This document shows, piece by piece, positions 1-15,813 of a stretch of 64,000 bases of DNA. Source of the stretch: the human T2T-CHM13v2.0 reference genome, Homo sapiens. Below the pieces are notes generated by a model. It was not told the DNA's origin and made no database searches. It was given only the letters and a program-made list of their open reading frames with translations. Numbering within the stretch: position 1 is the stretch's first letter; each line of letters starts with the position of its first letter. The stretch lies in NCBI RefSeq assembly GCF_009914755.1, contig NC_060939.1; one strand, 5' to 3'. The position numbers were made by a program, and so were the translations under genes.

Positions 1-833
1 TCTTTCTTAAATTCCTCCAACTTTTCATAACTAAGCAGCTGTTTAAATCTAATCAATGTCTTGCCCAATGGATGCCAAATACTTCCCTGATCACCCCCTA
101 CTTCAACCTGAATTCTTTTCCTCTGAATTAATTAAATCGATGTTCACATTATCTACCTTAGACATTATAAGCTGGACTAAGACTAGAGATCAGACTTTAG
201 AGTATTAAGAAAATGAACTGGCTGGGTTTGGTGGCTCGTGCCTGTAATCCCAGGACTCTGGGAGGCTGACGCAGAAGGATGACTAGAGGCCAGGAGTTCA
301 AGACCAGCCTGGGCAACATAGTGAGACCTGCCTCTACTAAAAAAGCAAAATGGGCTGGATGGAGTGGCTCACACCTGTAATCTCAGCACTTCAGGAGGCT
401 GACATGGGTGGATCACCTGAGGTCGGGAGTTCGAGACCAGCCTGACCAACATCGTCAGTAGAGAAACCCCGTCTCTACTAAAAATACAAAATTAGCCGGG
501 CATGGTGGCACATGCCTGTAATCCCAGCTACTCGGGAGGCTGAGGCAGAAGAATCACTTCAACCCTGGAGGCAAAGGTTGCGGTGAGCAGAGTTTGCACC
601 ATTACACTCTAGCCTGGGTAACAAGAGTGAAACTCTGATTAAAAAAAAAAACAACAGCTGTGTGCGGTGGCTCATGCCTGTAATCCTTGCGTTTTCGGAG
701 GCCCAGGCATGTGGATCACCTGAGGTCAAGAGTTTGAGACCAGCCTGGACAACATGGTGAAACCCTCTCTCTATTAAAAATACAAAACAATTAGCTGGGC
801 ATGGTGGCAGACACCTGTAATCCCAGTTACTCA

Positions 834-1055
<222 letters not shown>

Positions 1056-1649
1056 TCAAAAATCTATGTTAAACCAAATAAGGTAGATGTTTTCTACCGT
1101 GGCAGTTTGACCACGAGTATCCATTTATCAGGCTAAATGCAATATGCACTCATTGTTCCCAGCAGTAAGTTTTATAGTGATTATATGCAAGTTATTTTGG
1201 AACAATGTATATTTTTGTTTTTGTGACGGAAGGAGTCTTGCTCTGTCGCCCTGGATGGAGTGCAGCGGCACATTCTCGGCTTGCTACAACCTCCCTTCAC
1301 TGCAACCTCCCCTCGCCCCCTCACCCCCCTGGCCCTGCCCCGTTCAAGCGATTCTCCTGCCTCAGCCTCCTGAGCAGCTGGGACTACAGACACATGGCAC
1401 CATGCCCGGCTAATTTTTTTTTTGTATTTTTAGTAGAGACGGGGTTTCACCATGTTAGCCAGGATGATCTCGACTTCCTGACCTCGTGATCCACCCACCT
1501 CAACCTCCCAAAGTGCTGAGATTACAAGTGTGAGCCCCCAAGTCCGGCCAAAATTTAAAACTGTTATGAGTAATTAGTAGGGCAAGAAAAGGAGAGTCAA
1601 AAAGTTTATTTTAAAGAGCAATAGATGTTTTGGTTGGACTGATATTTAC

Positions 1650-1745
1650 CTTAAATTTAGGAACAAATCTAGTAAACTCCTGGTGCCAATTGTTAAGTGT
1701 AGACGCAGGTGAAATTATTAAGAAAGGTCCCCAAATGTTCTCTCT
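1650..1745 (-). CDS. INO80: INO80 exon 14 (96 nt; [32 protein letters not shown], helicase motif Ia)
   Basis: Acceptor tgcag|AGA at 1746-47; donor AAG|gtaaat at 1648-49; phase 0/0; not in the ORF track. Confidence 0.96.
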
Positions 1746-2546
1746 CTGCAACAGAAAAACCCAGTCAGCCAACTACAGGAAAAGGGAAGGTATTTAATTC
1801 AAAATTATAATTAATGACAAGAACAATCTAAGAATAGGAAACAAATAACAAGAGAAACAGTGAGTAAATCCCAAATCTGCACATTCAATAGTAATATCCT
1901 ATGTTAATAATAAGAACATAAAGACACACCTGAGAAAAAAATGGCAAGCAACTATTCCCTCTTCTGACCTCTTATAGGTCTTATCCACAAAGCATTCATG
2001 ACACACTGACTTGTATGTATTGTTTTCTACTATACTAGTTATCCGACAATCTTGTAGTTATTTAATAGGTATAGAGCTTTTGCTTTTTTTTCAGTTTTAC
2101 GCATTTTTAAAATTTAATTCTTATAAAATTCCTATAAAGTAGATAACGTCTCCATAGAAGAGGAAGAGGAAGAGGAAACTAAGCCTCAGAGAGTTAAGTT
2201 GAAAAAGAGGCTAAATTGCCCAAGTTTACACTGGTAATAAGAGTAGAGCTGAAATGTTAGGCAAGGTGTTCTGATCTAACTATATGGCCCTTGCCACTAC
2301 ACTGGTGGTAATTAATGCAGAGCGGAAAGGAGTGTCTCAAAATCACATGCTCAAAAATTGTCCTAGCCCTCTTAAAAACCAAAAAGTTATAAAACACTGT
2401 CCCCTTATAAAGCTCTGAGGCAAGAACCCAGTCCCACTATCTTGGAATGCTACACAGCTTAACATAGTGCTTTTAAGTGGCTGATTTTCAACAGAAATTA
2501 CCCTAAATTCTAGAGAAATGAAGATAGAAAGATTGCATCTACCCAC

Positions 2547-2627
2547 CTCAGCCAGATGGGCCAGAAGGGCAATGCTCTGTACTGTTTTACCAAGGCCCAT
2601 TTCATCAGCAAGAATGCCATTAATACC
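2547..2627 (-). CDS. INO80: INO80 exon 13 (81 nt; [27 protein letters not shown], Walker A/motif I)
   Basis: Acceptor cccag|GGT; donor GAG|gtgggt; SNF2 ADEMGLGKT signature. Confidence 0.97.
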
Positions 2628-3106
2628 CTGGGGAAAAAAAATACATGGTCAACACCTCATGCATTTCATCAAATAAAGTTCAACCTGTTACCAAAAAGAA
2701 CGACCAAGATAACAGGCTTGTTTAAAGAGAAGTGACCAGAGATACTCAGCCTCAGCACTTTTACCCACTGCTATAGTAATTGCTTTTGCCAATGCTACAG
2801 CTACAACTATGAACCATGATACATGAGACAGGGCAAGGCCAATCTGTTAGCTAATACAACCCAGACACAAAAGCAATTAGATTTACCAAGTCCATATAAG
2901 ACAAACCATAAGAAATACACAAATATTCTCCAGTAGGATCTCCAGGTTACAAAAAAACAAAAAGACATCAGCTGGGTGCAGTGGCTCATGCCCGTCCCGG
3001 CACTTTGGGAGGCCGAGGCAGGCATATCGCATGAGCCCAGGAGTTTGAGACCAGTCTGGGCAACATGGAGACAGCCCGTTTCTACAAAAAATACAAAAAT
3101 TAGTCA

Positions 3107-3286
<180 letters not shown>

Positions 3287-3305
3287 TCAAAGGATATAGC
3301 TTTTT

Positions 3306-3473
3306 ATTTTTTAATAAATCTACATTAATTTATTTTTAATTATACTTTAAGTTCTAGGGTACATGTGCACAACGTGCAGGTTTGTTACATATGTATACAT
3401 GTGCCATGTTGGTGTGCTGCACCCATTAACTCGTCATTTACATTAGGTATTTCTCCTACTGCTATCCCTCCCC
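3306..3473 (-). mobile_element. 5'-truncated L1PA 3' end
   Basis: TTATACTTTAAGTTCTAGGGTACATGTGCACAACGTGCAGGTTTGTTAC hallmark; TSD AGGATAYAGCTTTTT at 3291-3305 and 3474-3488. Confidence 0.9.
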
Positions 3474-3553
3474 AGGATACAGCTTTTTAAAAGGGTGAAA
3501 TCTAAAACATGATCTTGTACTCATTTCCTTTTTTTTTTTTTTTTTTTTTTTGA

Positions 3554-3868
<315 letters not shown>

Positions 3869-3928
3869 TGAACAAATGACTTTAGGAAAAGAGATAATAG
3901 AAGAGAATGACACGGTTCTAAAATTCAC

Positions 3929-4138
3929 CTGTTCATATAGATTGGCCAACCAATTCATGCCTTTCAGTTGATAACCTTTCAATTTGCCATTAAAAATTGT
4001 GGGCTGTGGAATATCCTCACCAGCCCGGATAGATGGGTTAGCCAGGCTATAACTCTCCCCAAACCCAGTGCCAGACTTGTTTGCTGCCCGTAGGGCAGCT
4101 GCTCGACTTTCTTTTGCATCTTCATCAAATGACCTTGT
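3929..4138 (-). CDS. INO80: INO80 exon 12 (210 nt; [21 protein letters not shown]...[27 protein letters not shown]-motif)
   Basis: Acceptor (T)n-actttccag|ACA; donor CAG|gtgaat; open frame, [12 protein letters not shown] typical of SNF2 ATPases. Confidence 0.96.
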
Positions 4139-4466
4139 CTGGAAAGTAAAAAAAAAAAAAATTAGAAAAAAAAAAAAGAGGAAAAATATTACATGAAAAT
4201 AAGACTCAAGATAACAATATATCTACCCTGTGCTAAGAAAAATAATTGGAACAAAATTTCTCATAATCTGATAATATAACGTAGTATCATATGACATCAT
4301 TTCTATAAAACATATTACTAATATTATTTAATGTAACAATTATATTAGAAATTGGGGAAGGTCACATTCGTCTATCTTTGACTTACACTCTGTCAATGTT
4401 AAATAGGGGCTCCTATGCAGTATATTAAAAACAGCAAATTTTTTACTTAATTCAACCTGATTGTAG

Positions 4467-4640
<174 letters not shown>

Positions 4641-4821
4641 TAAAAAAAATTAGCTGGGTGTGGTGGTGCGCACCTGTAGTCCCAGCTACTCAGGAGGGTG
4701 ACAAAGCAAGACTCCCGCCTCAAAAAAAAAAAAAAAAAAAGAATAAATAAATAAATAAATAACAAAGAGCAAGTTATTACTTAAGTGAAAGAAGGCATTA
4801 AATAACGTAGCAGTTTTTTGA

Positions 4822-5095
<274 letters not shown>

Positions 5096-5507
5096 TGATC
5101 CACCCACCTCAGCCTCCCAAAGTGCTAGGATTACAGGAGTGAGCCACCACGCCCGGTGAGTATGGTCTTTTTCATTAAACATCTATGATACATTTCATAC
5201 TGTATTGCCCATGATTACTCAAGAGAAAGAAAAAAAAATACAAACTGTTCTAACTTGAAATTAACACATTGCTAAAGCTAGAAAACTGAATATTCGTTTT
5301 TCTGCCTTTCTTCTAGTATCCCTACTAATCTAAAGTGAAAGAGACCCAGCTCCACCCCCTACACACAGCTACTCACACACATATACACAAGCTAGTCTAT
5401 GCTTTTAATTGCAAATGTGATTAAGACTAAAGGAAGACCACCTAAGTAAAGGCTTGTGGGGTATTTCCAGGGCCAATTACAGTAAACCTTTCTATCTGAA
5501 GACTCAC

Positions 5508-5575
5508 CCGAGCTTGGTGAATATGGTAAGCATTTTCAGCATTCTTCAGGGCCTGGGCTTTAAAATGGTTACTAT
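5508..5575 (-). CDS. INO80: INO80 exon 11 (68 nt; (D)SNHFKAQALKNAENAYHIHQAR)
   Basis: Acceptor ttttcag|AT; donor CGG|gtgagt; phase 1/0 fits the neighbouring exons. Confidence 0.95.
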
Positions 5576-6449
5576 CTGAAAAGCAAAATTTATGGATTAT
5601 CACACTTTATCAACTGATTTTGTTCTAAGATACAATTAACACCAATGTATGTGGATCCCTGATTCCCTCATTCTACTTATCCCTGGGTTCACGGAGGGTG
5701 GGGGAAGAGAAAGGCTAAATTCTCAGAGGTAAGAAGCTGGAAATGCAATGGAGGTGGAGGACTGCCATGGTCTCCAGTAGCCAAAGCAAGCTCACAAAAA
5801 ACATCACGGCACTGCCTCTCAGTACTGGGGTTTCTTCTACCAAATAATACCAAGCTACAACAATCAAGACAATCAGGATTCAAAATTTTAATATATTTAT
5901 GATAGGTGAAACTATTTTAACAGGAGAAATACAGACATATTTAAACCCCAAGATACTATAAAGCAGTTACAATCTCTACTATTTCTAGCTCAACACAATC
6001 TTAATCAGCATTCTCCATGAAATTCCTCTCAAACTTCATCCCAATTCCTCCCTCTCCTTGTGATCACATAAAGACAACTGAACAGCTGCTTTCTTGTGCT
6101 TAAATAAACAAGAATCGTATTATGTGAGAGATGTTTTCCTCTGCTGAAACACAGTTCAGTTCTACTGAACTGTGATTACAATACCTGTTATTTCTACTAA
6201 CAAATCACAACAAAAATATTCCCAAACTTGCAAGATCATATAACCACAACGCTTCCTATTCAAATTCTTTAATAAATGGTCTTATACTTCTGTTATAGAA
6301 ACACACTTTCCCTACTCCAGTACAATAAATCTCTCTTTTCTGGTAAATTACCTATGAATCAATAAAAAATTCGCAAAAATTAATGTATATAACCTTTAGA
6401 TATAAAAAATAAGAGGTAGCCTTCCTCTAAGTCCTGACTGAGGACTCAC

Positions 6450-6645
6450 CATAATCCTCCTGTGTGATGTTAACTACCACTCCTCCACCTATATCGATTT
6501 GTCTCTGGGTAGAACTGTCTTCCAGTTTCCTTAGGATTTCTTCCTGGATACCATCATGACCCATATCTCGTTTGCGACTCATGAAATGGGCATACAACTC
6601 TGTCTGGGTAATTAAGAAGTTGAGTTTTCGCTGTTGCCTCTTGGC
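6450..6645 (-). CDS. INO80: INO80 exon 10 (196 nt; AKRQQRKLNFLITQTELYAHFM..., HSA/post-HSA part of the DBINO region)
   Basis: Acceptor ctttag|GCC; donor ATG|gtgagt; conserved KLNFLITQTELY motif. Confidence 0.97.
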
Positions 6646-6826
6646 CTAAAGAGGGAAAAAAGTGAAAACAGAGCCAAATTATCAATGATATCCAAGAAGT
6701 AGTCCAGAATTCACCACTTATATTTGCATACAATTCCTTTACCAACTGTTTACTTTTAAAAATGTAAACATCACTGATAAACAATTTTAATTTAGCCAAG
6801 TCAGTGGCACTAAAAGCAATGAATAA

Positions 6827-6952
<126 letters not shown>

Positions 6953-8082
6953 TAGCTGGGATTACAAGTGAGCACCACTAAACTCGGCTAATTTGTATAT
7001 TACTAGTAAAGACAGGGTTTCACCATGTTGGCCAGGCTGGTCTCGAACTGAGGTGATCCACTGGCTTCAGCATCCCAAAGTGCTGGGATTACAGGCATGA
7101 GCCACCACACCTGGCACAATGAATAACTTTCATTCATAATCTGCTAGTAACAAGTGTTTTGCTCTCCTTTATACTGTGAATCTTTTCTCTATTAGGCTTC
7201 TGACTAAAATGTTTCTTTCTTACATTACTTTTCTATGGTGGCACAGAGACAACAACTAAATTCAAACAGTATATTCCATTTTATAACCTGGATGGTGGAT
7301 ACATGTCTATGTAGCTTTATTATTTTTGAAAATGTACACATGTCAGAAACTTTTCTTTTTTTTTTTTTTGAGACAAGTCTAACTGTGTGGGCCAGGCTGG
7401 AGTGCAATGGCACAATCTGAGCCTCACCGTAACCTCTGCCTCCCAGGTTCAAGTGATTCTCCTGCCTTGCTCTCCCAAGTAGCTGGGACTATAGGCGTCC
7501 ACCACAATGCCTGGCTAATTTTTCTATTTTTTTTTGGCGGCGGGGGAGGCGGGGGGCAGAGTCTCCCTCTGTCGCCCAGGCTGGAGTGCAGTGGCGTGAT
7601 CTTGGCTAACTGCAAGCACTGCCTCCTGGGTTCATGCCATTCTCCTGTCTCAGCCTCCTGAGTAGCTGGGACTACAGGCGCCTGCCAACATGCCCGGCTA
7701 ATTTTTTGTATTTTTAGTAGAGACGCGGTTTCACTGCGTTAGCCAGGATGGTCTCAATCTCCCGACCTCATGATCTGCCCGTCTCAGCCTCCCAAAGTGC
7801 TGGGATTAAAGGTGTGAGCCACCATGCCCAGCCCGTATTGTTGTATTTTTTTAGTAGAGACGGGTTTCACCATATTGACCAGGCTGGTCTCGAACTCCTG
7901 ACCTCATGTGATCGGCCCACATTCAGCCTCACAAAGTGCTGGGATTATAGGTGTGAGCCACTGCACCTGGCCAGCCACCACACCGGCCCTAAAACTCTTA
8001 CCACCAAAAGTCAAAATAGCTGACAAAGAGCTATAAATTATTCTGAAAGCCAATACAATAGGTATATGAAATTAACAAGTTA

Positions 8083-8331
<249 letters not shown>

Positions 8332-8593
8332 TTAGGAGGCTGAAGCAGGAGAATCGCTTGAACCCAGGAGGAAAGGTTGCAGTGAGCCGAGGTCACGCCA
8401 CTGCACTTCAGACTGGGTAACAGAGCAAGACTCTGTCTCAAAACAAAACAAAACAAAACAAAACCCAACAACCTATATTTCATCTGTGATAATAATAGCT
8501 ACAAAAAACGAATATAGACTGAATACACATACATGTGCAAACTTTCTTTTTTTTTTTTTTAATGTCAGAAGGCTAAATTAAAAGTGCCTTTCA

Positions 8594-8863
<270 letters not shown>

Positions 8864-8964
8864 TCATTGTGTCGATAAATAAAATCATTCCTAAGATAAA
8901 CAATAAAATGAAAACATAATCCAAAATACCAAATTATATGGAACACAGAACACAGTATAAGTAG

Positions 8965-9192
<228 letters not shown>

Positions 9193-11780
9193 TAGCCAGG
9201 ATGGTCTCGATCTCCCGATCTCTTGATCCGCCCACCTCGGCCTCCCAAAGTGCTGGGATTACAAGCGTGAGCCACCGCGCCCAGCCTTGTTTGCTTTATT
9301 TTTTTTTTTTTCCAAAAAAGAGCATTATTGGTCCAAGAGTCATTATTTTGAATTATTTCATAACAAAATTCATAAAATATACTTGATTTATCCTTGATCC
9401 ACTCTCCCAAAAGAAAAACAATACAATAGGGAATACAGCAAAAAAAAAAAAAAAAACCCAAAAGGCTGAAAGTATATTTTATAAAGCAGTAACCTACGTA
9501 AAACTATCCTGTCTCTTTAAAGCTTTATAGCACTTGAGCCAGATCCAAAATAGAAGAAAACTTGAGAAAGAGAGTGAGAGAAAATTAAGTTTTTGTCTTC
9601 ATGAATGTTCATGTTTCAAACCTAAAGTGCTATCAAGAAAATCTTTGTTTTTTTCTGAAGAGATGGTATCTTACTCTGTCACCCAGGCTGGAGGCAGTAA
9701 CAAGAACACAGCTCACTGCAGCCTCAACATCCCAGGCTCAAGCAATACTCCCACCTCAGCCTCCAAAGTAACTGGGACTATAGGCATGTGCCACTACACC
9801 TGTCTAATTTTTCTACTGTTTATAGATATGAAGTATCACTATGTTGCCCACACTGGTCTTGAACTCCTAGATTCCAGCGATCCTCCCGTCTCTGCCTTTC
9901 TGCTAGGATTATGGGCATGAGCCAATACACTCAGCCTAAGGAAAACTTTCTAAAGTAAAACAATTAAGAAAAAGAATAACATCTTTTTTTTTTTTTTTGA
10001 GATGGATTCTTCCTCTGTCACCCAGGCTGGAGTGTAGTGGCACGATCTCAGCTCACTGCAACCTCCACCTCCCGGGTTCAAGCAATTCTCTGCCTCAGCC
10101 TCCCAAGCAGCTGAGATTACAGGCGGCCGCCACCATGCCCGGCTAATTTTTGTATTTTTAGTAGAGACAGGGTTTCACCATGTTGGCCAAGCTGGTCTTG
10201 AACTCCTGACCTTGTGATCCACCCACCTCGGCCTCCCAAAGTGCTGAGATTACAGACGTGAGCCACCGCGCCCGGCCAAGAATAATATCTTTAACCCTAA
10301 AGAAGTTAACTACCATATGATTAAATGAACGAAGTAGATTAAGAAAACAGAAAGGATATGTCAAAATTTTATTTCAGAAGTTCAAAGAAAAATGCATAAG
10401 TCAGCATAACCATCAGTTAGCTATCAACATAACTAAGAATCTAGGTCTCAGAAATCTAGAATATAGGCCAAGTTGCCTGCAAAACTTCAAGATCTGTGGC
10501 TAACTCTGAAATGACTTTAAATTCTCTGAGTTAAGAATTCCCAAAAGCATCAAATGTTTACTAACTTGATAATTATGATTACCTTGCATGCAAATATACG
10601 AATTAACCAGGAGACTTAAGAGAACTGAGCAAAATCCATCTTCATTCTCGAAGTCATGATAAAATAAGGGAAGATCAAGAGCTCAGAAAAGGCTCCAAAG
10701 CTCCACTTTGACATGAGTTACTACATATACCTGAAAGAAAACATCATCCAAACCACTAATTCCCTTCTTTCTTCAAATCTCAACTCTCCTTCCATTCATC
10801 TCAGCTGGTTTATCAATGGCAATACAATGATTTGCCTTCTTACTCTCTCCTCTTGCTTCCCTCAGCAATATACACAGCCTACATCAGCTGGCATCAGGTT
10901 TACCAACAGTACTGGCTGCAAGTTAAAACAGTAAAGTAGGCTGGGCATGGTGGCTCACGCCTGTAATCTCAGCACTTTGGGAGGCCGAGGCAGGCGTATC
11001 ATCTGAGCTCAGGAATTCAAAACCAGCCTGGCCAACATAGTGAAACCCTGTCTCTACTAAAAATACAAAAAATTAGCCAGGCATGGTGGTGGGTGCCTAT
11101 AGTCCCAGCTACTCAGGAAGCTGAGGCAGAATTGCTTGAATGTGGGAGGCAAAGGTTGCAGAGCCGAGATTACGCCACTGCACTCCAGCCTGGGCGACAA
11201 GAGTGAAACTTCATCTCAAAACAAAAAAATAAATAAAACAGTACAGTAGGTGAAGGGTAAGTCTTAGAAAACTGGGCTCATTGTCCACTGTCCCTATCTG
11301 GCCCTGAATTTGGCATCTATTTCTTACTGTCCAAAAAAAGCAAAACTGCAGTCAGCACCTACAAACAAACCAAGATGAATTAAAAGCTACTTTCTTTCTC
11401 TTTTGCTCATTCCTTTTTCTTGAGGAATAAGAGCCCAGAATAGAGGAAGACAGCTTAGAAGAAAAGAGAAAAAGGCCTGAGGAGGGCCTTACCAAAAGAC
11501 TAAAAGCAGAATTGGTTTACTAGTCTAAAATCACCATCCTCAAAATTAAGTCTTTAAAAAAATTTCTGACGGTAGGAGATCAAGGCAGGCGGATCACTCG
11601 AAGCTCAGGAGTTTGAGACCAGCCTGGGCAATGTGGAGAAACCGCATCTCTACCAAAAAAAAAAAAAAAACAAAAAATTGACAGTGTCATTGGTTAGATG
11701 TACAATTTTCAAAATGCAAACGAATCTCTTCAAATGGCTGTAGTAATTAGGGTTTTCAAAATGTTATGCTTTTGCCCTAC

Positions 11781-11984
11781 CTCCCGCATTTCCTCATCCA
11801 ACTTCCGCTGCTCCAAAGCTTCCTTCTCTGCTCTCTTGCGGTGCTCCTTCTCTACTTTCTCATATTTCTTCCAGTACAGAAGCATCTCCTTGGTGAGGCG
11901 GCGGGCACGAGGCAAGGTTTCCTTACAGTTCTTCTGGGCCTGCAAGGCAGCTCGACGCACCTCCTTCATGCACTGGTGAGCAAG
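11781..11984 (-). CDS. INO80: INO80 exon 9 (204 nt; LAHQCMKEVRRAALQAQKNCKETLPRARRLTKEMLLYWKKYEKVEKEHRKRAEKEALEQRKLDEEMRE, HSA helix)
   Basis: Acceptor ttttcag|CTT; donor GAG|gtaggg; matches ORF-track 11730..11969. Confidence 0.97.
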
Positions 11985-12640
11985 CTGAAAACAACAACAG
12001 CATTACAGCGGAAAGGACCCCATACCAGAAGCTGGTTCTTCCTGGACTCTAAACCACATCATTCCTCAATCTGTTCAGCCAAACTGTCATCCTTGACCAC
12101 ATCTTTCTCCTGCAACTTGATTAATGTCCTTGTACAGTACTGTGACATAGGCCCAGACCCTGTGGTATTATCAGGGATAAGAAATCTATCCAATTTCTAT
12201 CACCTTAGAAGATGAAAAATTATAATGATGAAGAAGGACCTGGGATGTGCTTGGAAGTTACAAAATGTTATTGCACACATTAATAACAGCTATCACTGCT
12301 TATTACATCTTTAGCACCACTGAAAAATATATTAAACCAATTTACTCTTCACAAAAACCCTATGAAATTGGCATTACCATCACCCTCATTTATAAATGAG
12401 GAAACACAGTTGAATGACTACCCCAGAGAAACACAACTAATAACATGGCCTAATCTGATCCTCACAATTCTTAAAGGAAGTTGTTTTAGTCTCCTCTAAG
12501 GGAAGGTATTCACATCATTATTTCTTAGACGAGACTGAAGACAGGAAGATTCCATGATCTGCTCAAGAAATCAGGGTGGGCTATGGTCTTATCCAAAAAG
12601 GTTCAAATACCAGAAATGTGAGGAAGAACAATTTTATTTA

Positions 12641-12766
<126 letters not shown>

Positions 12767-13099
12767 CTACTAAAATACAAAAATTATAGGGCATGATGGC
12801 AGGTGCCTATAATCCCAGCTACTCGGGAGGCTGAGATGGGAGAATCGCTTGAACCTGGGAGACGGTGGTTGCAGTGAGCCAAGATCACTGCCACTGCACT
12901 CCAGCCTGGGTGGCTGAGACTCTGTCTCAAAAAATAAAAATAAAAAATAAACAGCTTGAGAACATTCAGAAACTCTCTTACGAACTATTAGATTCATGAT
13001 CAACAGGTTACGACGGACAAGAGCAGCAAGATGGACCCCAAAGAAGAAGAATATATTCCAGCAAAACATGAAATGGAAAATACAAAACTACAATTTTAC

Positions 13100-13153
13100 C
13101 TTTCGGCTATTGGTGAGAAACAGGTTACGAGCTGAAGCTTTCTGCTTATTTGC
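13100..13153 (-). CDS. INO80: INO80 exon 8 (54 nt; ANKQKASARNLFLTNSRK)
   Basis: Acceptor ttttag|GCA; donor AAG|gtaaaa; phase 0/0. Confidence 0.93.
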
Positions 13154-13986
13154 CTAAAATATTTAAAAAACAATATTTCATTTAGGATTCATTTTTGAAC
13201 TAAGACTATGTAGAATGAACAGTCTTTTACTCAATTCCTAGAGGGTTAGAAAATGTCAAGCCAAGCAAGATATATTACTTCTATAAGTCATCCAGATGTA
13301 TTGTCTCAACGCCATACATAAAACGATTAAAGAAGCATTCAAGAAGAATAAGTCAGCATTGTGGATGCCTTAAATAGTCTTCTGTATACTTTTGGGAAGA
13401 TGTTAAGTTACATGTAAGGCTTGAAGTGGACTAGAAAAATGTTACAATACCTAAACCTTAGCACTATCCTGATTAAAAACATGTTGCTTACCAGGGCCAA
13501 TCTGCAAGGCTGAGAGAGCAGGGCATCCAGATACAGGAATCATTAGGAGAAAGATAAACTAGTCTCCTAAGTGTGATTCTAGCCCCACCTCCAGCCTAGG
13601 CAAACCTGATGTCACTATTACTCAGTTTCTGCCACCACATAAGCCTAATCTTCTCTAAAACTAAACTCCAAGGAAGACCTAACACAAAATGACCCAGCAG
13701 CCCACAACCCAGCTATTTGTGTTTTCCACTCTAGCTAAGGGGAAAAACAAAAGTCAGTACAGAAACCTGACTCCCCATGATGTCTATTTGACATGGAAGA
13801 AGATGCTGAAGAGGCAGAGCTGGGTGGCTCTTTCAGTACTGAAGAGTACTCTCCTTGATGTTAAAGAAACAATGGGTTCAAAGTGACAAAGAAGGTCTGA
13901 AAGCCATTTCTTTAATGTTTGCACGTAAGACAGCAAATTTAAGGGAATATATGAGCCTTTTATAAAAAAAAAACTCTTACTAATTA

Positions 13987-14328
<342 letters not shown>

Positions 14329-14479
14329 TCAAAAAAAAAAAAAAAAAAAAAGTCATTTCTTGGCCAGGCGCAGTGGCTTACACCTGCAACCCCGGCACTT
14401 TGGGAGGTTGAGGCAGGAGGATCACTTGAGTCCAGGAGTTCGAGACTAGCCTGGGCAAGATAGTGAGACCTCGTCTCTA

Positions 14480-14782
<303 letters not shown>

Positions 14783-15174
14783 TCAAAAAACAAAAAAAAA
14801 TTAAATAAACAGAATTAGCTCAGTGTGGTGGCACACACTTATAGCCCCAGGTACTAAGGAGGCTGAGGTGCGAGGACTGCTTGAGCCTGGGAGATCAACG
14901 CTGAAGTGAACCAAGATGAGTCCACTGCACTCCAGCCTGGGCAACAGAACAAGACCCTATCTCAAAAAGAAATGAAAACTCATTTCTTTCATTGAAAGGA
15001 CACCATCTGAGGCCTCTTCATCAGGTACTAAGTCATGGGAAAGTTTCCCATAACTTTCCCATCAAGAATGCTCAAGCACAGGCCGGGTGCAGTGGCTCAC
15101 GTCTGCAATCCCGGCACTATGGGAGGCCGAGGCGCACAGATCATGAGGTCAGAAGATCGAGACCAGCCTGGCTA

Positions 15175-15354
<180 letters not shown>

Positions 15355-15675
15355 TCAAAAAAAAAAAAAAAAAGAATGCTCAAGCATCAACTATGTCTCC
15401 AGAAATACTTATTAACTGCTATGGAAAAAAAATTTTAATTTTACAGTAGCAAAACACCACCATACCAAGGGATCAAAGGTAATATCCTCAAAACATTAAA
15501 ACAGGTTGGGCATGGTGGCTCACACCTATAATTCCAGCACTTTGGAAAGCTGAGGTGAGCAGCTCACTTGAGGTCGGGAGTTCAAGACCAGCCTGACCAA
15601 CATGGCGAAACCTCGTCTCTTCCAAAAATACAAAAATTAGCTGGGTGTGACGGCGCGCACCTGTAGTCCCAGCTA

Positions 15676-15813
<138 letters not shown>

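Noticed and set aside
7537-7558. G-rich patch giving a poly-Gly/poly-Pro ORF
   Set aside because: Mutated linker/tail at a nested Alu junction; not coding and has too few long G-runs for a confident G4
11698-12215. Plus-strand ORFs antisense to exon 9 (93 and 149 aa)
   Set aside because: Shadow ORFs of a purine-rich coding exon with no independent promoter, splice or homology evidence
13002-13130. 12-bp exact repeat AACAGGTTACGA shared by exon 8 and the intron ~117 bp away (possible duplicated or mutually exclusive exon)
   Set aside because: Similarity barely extends beyond the 12-mer and the intronic copy has no convincing acceptor/donor pair; one such local match in 64 kb is compatible with chance
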